NCBI GenBank assembly: GCA_043814605.1
Contig: JBDRJV010000016.1
Coordinates: 16,218 to 80,217 of the forward strand
Length of the DNA: 64,000 nucleotides
Source of the DNA: Candidatus Omnitrophota bacterium
Lineage (GTDB): Bacteria; Omnitrophota; Gorgyraeia; B26-G9
Direction of reading: 5' to 3'
Shown here: piece after piece, positions 42,054-52,000 of the stretch
Position numbering within the stretch: position 1 is the stretch's first letter
Layout: every line of letters starts with the position of its first letter
Translations under genes and position numbers: made by a program
The notes under the pieces: generated by a model
What the model saw: only the letters and a program-made list of their open reading frames with translations
What the model was told of the DNA's origin: nothing
Databases searched by the model: none

Positions 42054-42137
42054 AAATCTCCGGGCTTTAGCTCCCAGATGAACAGGGATTGTTTGGAGCG
42101 GAAACGAGTCCCGGCCTTTAGGCCGAGGGGTCTCTAC
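42054..42137. mobile_element. IS200/IS605-like paired end hairpins without a transposase (PATE-like remnant)
   Basis: tctccgggctttagctcccaga and cccggcctttaggccgagggg, both with TTTA loops, about 30 bp apart. Confidence 0.45.
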
Positions 42138-42157
42138 GTTTACTTTTTTCATATTTC

Positions 42158-42186
42158 TTGACACTAAAAATTAAAAGTGTTATACT
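42158..42186 (+). promoter_or_regulatory. Sigma70 promoter of the ROK gene
   Basis: TTGACA-17 nt-TATACT with an extended TG. Confidence 0.75.
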
Positions 42187-42326
42187 TTTTTTGTAAATTA
42201 GAAATGCTTTAAATAGATATTTTTAAAAAGGCTTTAATTGCTGTATTTAGCGCAGTTAAAAATAAAAAATATCTTTAAAAAGAGTTTGCATATAATTTAA
42301 TTTATAATACAAAGTAAGGAGGAAAC

Positions 42327-43538
42327 ATGAAAGGGGCTTTATTTAAAGATCAGATTTTATCAGATAGAGAGCGAAAAAATCTGGATATTTTAGAGGTTAT
42401 CAGGAGATATGGGCCAGTAACCAGAACGGAAATCTCAAGAATCACCAAATATAATATTGTTACTGTATCCAATTATGTAAATAATTATGTTAAAAAAGAC
42501 CTGGTTGTGGAAAAAGGTTTGGATATTTCCAGCGGCGGCAGAAAACCAACGCTGGTAGAATTAAATTCCCGTAATTGTTTTGTGATTGGGATTGATATTG
42601 GGCCGGATCATATTATCGCGGCATTAACTGATCTTTCTTTAAATTTGATTACCAAAGTTAAAAAACCGCGTCCTAAAGAGTCGATGGAAGATGTAATCAG
42701 TAAATCCATAGAATTGATTTATGAGGTTATTGAAAAATCTGAAATTGAAGCAAAGAAAATTAAAGGTTTAGGTATTGGTATATCCGGGATTATTGATTCT
42801 CGTGCCGGTACAGTTAGAGATACAGATCCGCTGAGAGGAAAAACTGCAGCGAGTTATATCTCTATAAAAAATCTTATCGAACGTGAATTCGGCATTCCAA
42901 CATTTGTAGGTAATGATGCCACAGTTGCGGCTTTTGGCGAGAAAAGAATCGGGCTGGATGCAGAGATTGAAAATGTATTATACATGTTTTCTGATGTCGG
43001 GTGCGGCATAATTATTAAAGGTGAAATCTATGCCGGAGCTGGCGGCAGTGCCGGTGAGGTTCAGCTTAATGTTAGCCGGGAAGAGGATGAATTAACTAAA
43101 GAACTGGGCCTTTTTCGTCCGGGAAGTGTAAATTTAGGCATTGTTGATTCAGCTAAAACAGCTTTAAAGGGAAACAAAAGCAATAAAATTAAAGAATTGT
43201 GTGATAATAATCCGGATAATATTACCGCGGAAACAGTAATTGAAGCAGCACGGCAGAATGATGTTGTGGCTACTGAACTTCTAGAAAAAGCCGGGCTTAA
43301 TCTGGGGGTTAGGATTGCTTATTTAATTAATTTGTTTAACCCGGAAATTGTTATTTTAGGCGGCGGAATGGAGCGAGCCGGGGATTTGATTATTGAGCCG
43401 ATTAAGAGAATGGTACGGCGTTTGGCTTTTGAGGAGCCGGCAAGTATGGTGCGGATTATTCCTTCTCGATTAGGTGAAAATGCAGTTTCATTAGGTTCAG
43501 CAAGTTTAGTAATTAGAGAAATATTTATTCATGCTTAA
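42327..43538 (+). CDS. ROK family transcriptional regulator (HTH + ROK)
   Basis: GPVTRTEI HTH; SGGRKP, IGIDIG, NDATVAAFGE, GCGII, AGEV and FNPEIVILGG motifs. Confidence 0.93.
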   Translation: MKGALFKDQILSDRERKNLDILEVIRRYGPVTRTEISRITKYNIVTVSNYVNNYVKKDLVVEKGLDISSGGRKPTLVELNSRNCFVIGIDIGPDHIIAALTDLSLNLITKVKKPRPKESMEDVISKSIELIYEVIEKSEIEAKKIKGLGIGISGIIDSRAGTVRDTDPLRGKTAASYISIKNLIEREFGIPTFVGNDATVAAFGEKRIGLDAEIENVLYMFSDVGCGIIIKGEIYAGAGGSAGEVQLNVSREEDELTKELGLFRPGSVNLGIVDSAKTALKGNKSNKIKELCDNNPDNITAETVIEAARQNDVVATELLEKAGLNLGVRIAYLINLFNPEIVILGGGMERAGDLIIEPIKRMVRRLAFEEPASMVRIIPSRLGENAVSLGSASLVIREIFIHA

Positions 43539-43693
43539 AGATACTAAATTAGCCTATAGGATAATTTAAATAAATTTAGTTGTAATGAAAAAAAATGATT
43601 AATTAAATTGCCCGCCAAGTGTTTTCGGAGAAGCATGTTGTGGCGAGGCATAATTATCCCGCTTAAGCGGGAGAATTATGGAGATAATATATT

Positions 43694-43969
43694 ATGGATA
43701 AAGGTATTAAGTTTCTTGAGTTAGCGTCAAAGATTTTTAAAGTTTTAGCCTGGATTTCTGCAGTGTTTTTTGTGATAATATTTTTTATTGTGCTATTCGG
43801 AGCTGGGGGTGCAGATACGCCGCGGGTTGCCAGTATTATTTTCTTACTCGGTGGAGGTATTTATTTCCTGATTTTATTTAGTGCTGCTGAGATTATAACT
43901 CTCTTATTATCATTATCCTCTAAAGTTGATAAACTAACTAATCTTTTACAGGGAAAATCAGGCAGTTAA
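43694..43969 (+). CDS. Small two-TM membrane protein
   Basis: Two hydrophobic helices, GGAG RBS. Confidence 0.75.
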   Translation: MDKGIKFLELASKIFKVLAWISAVFFVIIFFIVLFGAGGADTPRVASIIFLLGGGIYFLILFSAAEIITLLLSLSSKVDKLTNLLQGKSGS

Positions 43970-44020
43970 ATTGTTAAAAGTCACATAAAATCATTCCTAA
44001 AAACCTGCTTTTTGCTTTCC

Positions 44021-44049
44021 TTGACAACCACAACTTAATGTGATATACT
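44021..44049 (+). promoter_or_regulatory. Sigma70 promoter of the riboswitch/PilZ/giant-gene locus
   Basis: TTGACA-17 nt-TATACT with an extended TG. Confidence 0.8.
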
Positions 44050-44103
44050 TTTATCACAAGATAAGAAAACAATTTATAAAGGTTTTCTAAGTATTTTTGT
44101 AAG

Positions 44104-44335
44104 TATCCGAAAATTCGCTAGTTAAGCGAAGCCATTACTAGGGGTGATGGAGGCAAACCCTGAGAAATCAGGGGGCCCATGTATTATGTAACATACATGG
44201 ACCTGAGCACTTATGTGTTCAGGGGCAAAGCTACGGGTCTAAAGCTGTTAGCTAAAATATGCTAAGATCGCCGGGCGCACCGATAACGCGATAAAAGTTA
44301 AGCTAAGATTGCCGAGTTGCCGAAGATAAAGGATA
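44104..44335 (+). ncRNA. c-di-GMP-I (GEMM) riboswitch with hairpin insertions
   Basis: GGCAAACC-CTGA-GAAA-TCAG-GG (44152), GCAAAGCTACGGGTCTAAA (44225), TAAGATTGCCGAGTTGCCGAA (to 44324), and tatcc/ggata closing arms. Confidence 0.75.
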
Positions 44336-44417
44336 GTTGCTTGTGAATTCTATTTACAAATGACTTTCTAAATTTGGTGGGTCGGCTAATTTATTTTAGA
44401 TAATAAGGTGGTAAAAG

Positions 44418-44912
44418 ATGAAGAAAAATTACTTGTGGATACAGATTATCGCAGTGATTATAATTCAGGCCATGTTCCTGACACAGGCAGATTTTTCTCT
44501 TGCAGCATCCTATCACTCTCAAGAAACCTATCAGCAGGCAGCTTTAAAATTCCAGAAAATAGCAGATAAAAAAACAAGCCTGATCATTGGTGCAGCGTGT
44601 GTGCAAGCTACGCTTAATTCTTTATGCTTGCCAAAACTTACATTTAGCCGGATTTTTAGTATCTTAAGCAATACGAGTTTATCATTCTCAGAATTCATAT
44701 CTAAAAAAGAAGTCCGCCTAGTTTCTAACAATATTTATAAAGATTTTATTCATCATGCGGAAAATATATTTGAAATAAAATTTAATTACAAGTTGAATGA
44801 AATCAATCAAGATTTACGGGCTGAGTTAAAAACAAAAACAGACAAAGAATCAACAGCACCGCCAGTACTCGTAAAAAATACTTTTGATTGTTTTAAACAA
44901 CCGAACTGTTAA
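44418..44912 (+). CDS. Secreted hypothetical protein with a signal peptide resembling that of the giant protein
   Basis: AAGGTGG RBS; N-terminus MKKNYLWIQIIAVIIIQAMFLTQADFSLAASY. Confidence 0.75.
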   Translation: MKKNYLWIQIIAVIIIQAMFLTQADFSLAASYHSQETYQQAALKFQKIADKKTSLIIGAACVQATLNSLCLPKLTFSRIFSILSNTSLSFSEFISKKEVRLVSNNIYKDFIHHAENIFEIKFNYKLNEINQDLRAELKTKTDKESTAPPVLVKNTFDCFKQPNC

Positions 44913-44931
44913 ATTGACAGTTCGGTTTTTT
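44899..44931 (+). terminator. Intrinsic terminator overlapping the stop of the 164-aa gene
   Basis: aaccgaactgtt-aaatt-gacagttcggtt followed by a T-tract. Confidence 0.8.
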
Positions 44932-44974
44932 ATTAACACATTTTTTGCAGTCTAATAAAAGGATGGTGGTTCGG

Positions 44975-45313
44975 ATGGAAGAAAGAAGAAGATATAAAAG
45001 AGAAAATAAGGAATTTTCCCTGCAGCTAAATGAGTTAAACAAAACAGACCATATAGCCATAAAGAATTCTTTTTGCCGGGATATTAGTTGTGTGGGTTTA
45101 TCAATATTTTCTTTTGATTTTTATCCGGTTAACCAGAAAGTGCATTTGAAATTATATTCAAGTACTTGGAATGAATTATTAGATACAGTAGGGAAAATTA
45201 TTTGGGTGAGGCAGCTGCCTTATCAAAATAAATATAGAATTGGTATAGAATTCACAAATACAAGCCAGGATGCAATGAAAAAAATTAAAACGATTGTTGA
45301 ATCCGGAAAATAA
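44975..45313 (+). CDS. PilZ domain protein (c-di-GMP receptor)
   Basis: ERRRYKR (RxxxR) and DISCVG (DxSxxG); GKIIWV and RIGIEF motifs. Confidence 0.9.
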   Translation: MEERRRYKRENKEFSLQLNELNKTDHIAIKNSFCRDISCVGLSIFSFDFYPVNQKVHLKLYSSTWNELLDTVGKIIWVRQLPYQNKYRIGIEFTNTSQDAMKKIKTIVESGK

Positions 45314-45339
45314 GAATTAAAAACCGAAAGGAAAAGATA

Positions 45340-46062
45340 ATGAAAAACAGAAAATTTATTAAAAGTTTGATCAAAAAAACAGGATGTGTTTTATTACTGC
45401 TTGGGGTTATCGCATTTTCCTCTTTAAGTTATGGCCAGATGGATGAGGTAAGCCAGCTTAGCGAAAATAACCACAAAGCCGAATTAGCCAATGAAGATAC
45501 TGGACAGGTAAAAAATATACCTTTTACCAATTATACCGGCGATGACCTGCCTTTAATGGGGGATGCGCGTGTTTCCAGTATTAAGGAAACTGTTACTGGC
45601 TTAAAAGATGCAGGGTATAGTTTAGATGAAATTGTTGGCGTATTAAAAAATGATGATAAAAATGCGCCGGAAATCAGTATCGCTTGTTTAAATGCCGGAT
45701 TTAACGGAACAAAAATTTTTCAGGCATTAAAAAAATCCGGATTTTCAGATCGCAGTACCGAAGCGGCAATTCCGCCGGCCCTGCGTACAAGCAGCCAGAT
45801 GTTCGTAACTTTAAATAGTAATCCAGATTCTGTGGCTGCAGAAATGGCAATGATCGAAGCAAATCCGTTTACATCTAGAGGCGTTAAAGATGCGGCAATA
45901 CAAAAAATTATGCAAGGTGAGCCAGAGATTCAAGACGATAAAACAACAAACACTTCCGGAATTAATCCTTATGAAGTAAAGGTTAATGTGGGAGTGACTT
46001 TTAATGGTTTAGGTGATTGGAATAATTTTCAAAATCAAAGGTTTGAAAACAATAAACAATAA
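45340..46062 (+). CDS. Secreted protein with short helical (LxxAG) repeats
   Basis: Signal peptide ending SYG; LKDAGYSLDEI, LNAGFNGTKI and LKKSGFSD repeats; AAAGGA RBS. Confidence 0.8.
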   Translation: MKNRKFIKSLIKKTGCVLLLLGVIAFSSLSYGQMDEVSQLSENNHKAELANEDTGQVKNIPFTNYTGDDLPLMGDARVSSIKETVTGLKDAGYSLDEIVGVLKNDDKNAPEISIACLNAGFNGTKIFQALKKSGFSDRSTEAAIPPALRTSSQMFVTLNSNPDSVAAEMAMIEANPFTSRGVKDAAIQKIMQGEPEIQDDKTTNTSGINPYEVKVNVGVTFNGLGDWNNFQNQRFENNKQ

Positions 46063-46076
46063 TTTAGGGGGTAAAT

Positions 46077-49000
46077 ATGAGCAGCCTAACTGGAAAACTG
46101 TGGTTTAAAATAACCGCGTTTATTGTCTTGGAAACGTTTTTGTTTACGATTGCGGATATATCCTGGGCCGCAGATTATCGTGACCAGAAAACGCAAGCGG
46201 AAAGATTAATGGATTTACAGCCGTTAAAAGATACCCGGGAAAACCTGTCCCAGGATGCCTTAGGCGATAAAATAGTGCTAACCCAGCCGGCAGTGCCGTT
46301 TTTAGGCATAGAACATCCGCAAGGCATGCTGACACAGAAGCCCATGTCCTTAACCGAAACAACTATTTACGGGTTAACAATAGCGGGTAATGATTTAACC
46401 ACAATATTTAAGTCCTTGAAAAATTCCGGCTCATCCGTAACAGATGCTGGCTTTAGTGCAGTCCGCCAGGGATTTAACAAAAAGGAAATTTATCATGCAT
46501 TGCTTAAGGCCGGATATGACGAGAAAGAAGTGAAAACCCTTTTAGGCAGTTTATTAAAAGCCGAAGAAGAAAAGAAAAAGCAAGCCGAAGAAAACCAGGA
46601 AAAAAAGACCTCTCCTCCGGAAGAAAAAGAACAAGTCCAGGGACAAACTCCGCTTGTTAAAGAACAAGCAATATTTGAAATTCCCAAAGTTGCCACTTTA
46701 CCGGTTAAAGAAAAAGCTGTGGAAATTATCAACGACTCCCAGAAACAATTTGCATTACACAGGCAAACAGTGGAATTTGTCCGGCTGATGATTAAAGAAG
46801 GTAAACGCGGTAAGGAACTGATTAATATCCTTAAAAAAGCCGGATTAAGTAATGAAAGAATTATTACTACATTAGCCCAGTTAGGGTTTAGCCTGCAAAA
46901 TATTATCAGTATTTTAAAACAAGCAGATTTAAACTGTGAGGATATTGTAAAAGCAGTACAGAGTTCGCAGTTAACCTATTCTAATAAAGATATTTATACT
47001 GCCTTAATTCAATCCGGTTATTCGGATAAAGATATAATCAGTGCGTTTAAAGATGCCGGAATGAGCGCAGAAGATATCTTAAAGTTAACTACAGACTTAG
47101 GCCGCAATATGATTATTATCGCCCAGGCAATGCTTAATGCTGGTTTTAGCATGGCGGATGTAGCCCGAGCATATGTTTTAAAGGCAATGCAATGGTCTTA
47201 TGATCTAAGTGTGAATATCGTTAACTGTGCAGTGGAATCATTCAGTGCATTCTTGAATAATATCGGGCGAAAATTTTCCTCAAAAGAAGACCTAGCTTAT
47301 GAACTTATTCTGGATGATATTTTGGCTACCGGAGAGGTGGATTTACAGGGTAAGAACATCATGACTTCTATGCTGGCGATAAAAAATATAGCCACTAAAT
47401 ACGGGATTGATTTACAAGGATATAAGTTAACTATAGATAGTTTACAAGAACTAAGTGGTATGTCCATCCTGCACCTTGATGCAGACCACTGGGTTAGCTT
47501 AGTCGGTATTGAAGGGGATAAAGCCACGATTATTGATAACGGAACACGTAAAACAATTACTCTATCTGAACTTCAGGTGCGTTGGGACGGAAATATTTTA
47601 GCTCTCAATAAAGATAAGATTAAGGAGCATAAACTTTATGATTTGCAAATGCGCCAGATTCGCGGGGCAAGCTGGCTTTCTGATGCTTGGGAAGATGCGA
47701 CAAATTGGGTAAAAGATGCAGTGGAGGGTGTGGGAGATTTTTTTGTTGATGTATATAACGGGGTTAATGATTTTGTGCAAGGTGTTAACAATTTAATCGT
47801 GAGTTTTTATTATACTGCTTGTGGCAATCAGCAAAAAGCAGATTATTACTGGAATAAAGGAATGCAGCTTATTGATCAAGTTGTCTTGAAGATAATTAAG
47901 GCAATCCCAAATAACGGTATTCAACATGTTCTTGAATCTGTTTGGTCTGGTATAAGGATGTATGTACAAGGAGTGGGTAATGTTATTAAAGGGTCAATAA
48001 TGATGCTCCGGGGTGATTTTAAAGAAGGATTCTATCTTATGACTGCAGGCTTTACGCAGATGGCCGTTTCGGGTTTGGTTGCTTTATACAAGGTTTGCGG
48101 AGAAGATGGAGGCAGATTCATAGGACGATTTATTCAATGGGTAGTACGGATTGTTGCGGCTATCTTAACCTTTATTTTTACCAAAATTCTTGGTTGGACT
48201 GTAGTTGGCATGATTGTTGGAATGATCATTGCATTTATAGCAACAATGATTATTTGTATGGTTGATTATGATTTTGTTCAGTATGTTTCCACTGCTGATG
48301 CGGCGGGGATTAGTAAAGTTATGGGGAAAGTATTGGCTGCGGCTTGTATTTCAGCAGCAGTTGCAGCAGTAGGTTTTTTTGTTGGATATGCGCTTGATGG
48401 CCTCTTTAGCAGTACAGGAAGCGAATTAGCAACCACAACAAACACAGGAACCACAACAACAGCAAGTTCAGTCACAAGCCAAGTAGGAACAGGACTATCT
48501 ATAGGAACAACCAGTATGGTATCAACTACAGCACAGGCTTTTAGTACTATAGCAACTAACTTAGCTACAATAGGAACTAGTTTAGCGACTGCAGCATATA
48601 ATTTAGGAGTTTCTTTATATCTGGCGGTAATTAGTTTTAGTATCACTAATATAATCGGATCTTTACTTATGTTTGTCGATGCATTTATAGAGTTCGTTAT
48701 TGCTGTCAAGGACTCATTCAAAGGATTTTTTTCAGAATTTTCGAAAAATGTTAGTGCTGACATATCGCAAAATTGTGCAAATTCCGGAGTTACTGTCAAT
48801 CAAGAGGTACTAAAGGAAGCACTGGACAGTGGATTAAAAAATATGCTGGTTCAGCAGGCTGTTATGACCGGTGTTGTTTATGGCTGTGAGGCCGCAGGAA
48901 TTGATGATCCTTATCTTAAAGCTGTAATTGTTGGCGTTGCTGGTGCATTAGCGGGTAGTTATGGTGGCCCAGGGGGTTGGGAGGAGACGTTTAAAGAAAT

Positions 49001-52000
49001 GGCTGTTGCTGCGGGCTCAATGGTGGCAGAAGAATCGATCAGGCAAATGGGGTACCACGAAAATTGGGATCCTTTACTTACAAATAGCCTAGCTTCAATA
49101 ACTGGGTTTACAGTCCAGGCAGGTTTTGGAGCAGCTTTAGGCGCGGATTATTCAATACAAGATGATCCTGATACCAAAAAAATAGAAACTGCATATAACA
49201 ATACAAATCCTTTTTTCACAAGGTTGGGACATAATTTAAGAGCAGGATTAGGAAATGTGGTGGGAGATATTGCTTCGGATTATGTAGCTAGAATTTGTCA
49301 GGAAAATGAAGTAGACCCAACAATTACTGCAGTACTTAGTTCATGGGCTGGAACATTTACGACATCTTCTGTAGATTATATGACCGGTCAGACAGATTTG
49401 GGTTATTTAAATACTTTGGGAAAAGCAGCGGAACAAGGTACTTACGATGCTGTTTCAATTGTTACTTTTATGGAAACTAAAAAGTTATTAATGAACGAGC
49501 TTGATTTTACAGAAACCCAGGCTACAGGCATGGCCTATGGCATGACTTTACCCATGAGATTTATGTTTAGCCATAATAAAGTTGCAGAGGAAAATAAAGA
49601 TGGTTATATTGGCGGTGAATTTAAAGATGGGAAAGTATCATATGAAGGAATAACAATTAAGGATGAGTTTATTCGCGAGCAAGTAGGTGAGTTTTTTGAG
49701 AGCTTAGGGTATGGCAGCAAGCTTAGCGGTAATACATATGAACGGCATGATTATAATAGTAATTATAGTAATAAAGTATCATCTTTTGAATATATGTTAT
49801 TTGGCCAAGGCCTTACCCAGGATTTAGAGGGTAATTTTTATAGCAATGACGGCAGCATCAGTAATTACGGTACGCTAAATAAAAATAAGTTAGAGTATTT
49901 AAATTATTGGGCAGAAAAAAATCCCGAAATATTTGGCGAGAAATTTGATAGTAATACTGATGTAGAAAAAACAACGGATACCAATACTGATACTAAAGCT
50001 TCTAATTTAAGTTACGGCGATGCCTTGTTTACTACGGTTTCTGATGCACAGCTCAGTTATTATAATAAAAAAGGCATGACAAATATTAGTCAGGGACTCT
50101 CTGATGCGAGTGCTCACTACAAATATCAAAATAAAATAGACAGGTTAAATAAAATGGAGGGCGTTGACGTAAAGCTGGGAGAAGAATATGGGACTAAGAT
50201 TGTAGTAACTAATAATTCAGGGCAGGCAACAGAAGAATTATCATCAGAATTAAACAAAAATGTGGGAGAAGGAGACAGTGCTTTTTATGATTCTGCAGAC
50301 GCTTTTATCAATAATAATCCTTTGGTAATTACAAAGGCAGAAGGTACGAATTTTAGTACTGAATTAAGCAATGGAATGGAAGTTAAGTTTAATAGTTCTG
50401 ACAATGTATTTGAAGGACAAGGAGTTATAACAACACCAGTAAATTCGACTAACATAAATCAACTTTGCCCCAGTTTGAATGTTAATGCCAATTTACTAAA
50501 TGCTAACCAATATAATAATTATTCTTTAGTTGCGCAAGTAACTGTAGATTTGAAAAGCAAGACAATCATCCAAACAACCGATATGAAATTAACTGCAACT
50601 GCTACATCAACTAAAAACGTGATCCTGCCGGTCAATATCGGTAACCACACAGCTTATATTGGTGTTGAAACAAATGTAAATTTCAGTAATCAGGATTTAG
50701 TTTTAAAAAGTGATTCTCAGCTGAAAAATGATTATCAGCCTACAAATGATAATATTAAGGCAACAAATACCAGCGAAAAAGCAGCGGATGTTATTGTAAA
50801 ATACGACGCCGAAAATAAAGTTACGCTGAGTGTAAACAATATGGGACAAATAGGGATATCGAAAGAGACAATTAAAAATTTTAATGATTCAAAACAGTTA
50901 GTTAGTGATGTGATTGATTTACCGAATGGCTGCGATACAACCAAGACAGAGTTTGAACTTGTCTATAATACAACAGAAGGTTTGCAATTAACCGCAGTTG
51001 AAAATATTGCTGCGGGTAAAAAAATAAATTATGATGGCGAAGATGCATTCATAACCAGCAGCTCGGCACAGCTTATCTATAACGAGTCAGGAACAATAAC
51101 ATCGATTAAGGGGGAAGATACAAGGTCAAATCGATCAGGGAAAGATGTTACAGGGGTAGAAATTAAAACTTCCAAGGGTAATATTCTGCTGGAAAATAAA
51201 AACCAGATTTCTTTTGCCAATGAAAAAAGTGGTTTTCTTTCAGGTTTAAGTTCCTACTTTGGTATCGGCGGCGGAAATGAGTTTGTGATTGAAAACGGCA
51301 ATGTTTTGATGCTTACTAAGTACAACCTTGGCCAAAAAACAGAATATGAAATAATCCGCAATGGCCAAGAAGGCGGAACAAGCCAGGAAACAAGAGAATT
51401 AAACGAGATAATAATTGGCGAAGATAAAGCTTCGGGTAATTTGTTTATAGCCGAAGGGTGTGTTGTGAACATGGTAAAAAATGATGTTGCATTCACAAAT
51501 AATGATGTAATCCATAATCAGGCGGGAAGGGCTATTAATGTTGGCGGCTTGCAAATTAAACAGGGTGAAAATACTGCGATTCATAATAATCAAGCATTTA
51601 AGTGTATAGAAGTGACAAAACCTGTTGCTGAGGCTCGAGGGGATCTTAAATATCTGCTTGTAGTAAATAATTTAAAATCTAAGGAAAGTTATGATTTTCA
51701 AGTAGAAAATAATAATGTAAATTTACCTTTAGGTGATATTGATAGTAATGACATTTATTTAACTCAGAATGGTTCTCTGTCGTTTTTAACAGATAAAGCG
51801 TTTCAGGGTTCAGAAACAAAAAATCTTGATTTAAATGCAAAAACCACTACTTTTAATTTGAATCCTACAGAAATTAAAGGTCAGGTTGAAATAGATTTTA
51901 CACAAATCGGGCTAAAAGGCAAGACAGAAGGCAAAGGGTTACTTATTGGAGATAAATATGTAACCGGAGCAACCCAGCTAAGTGGAACAGGCAGCGGTAC

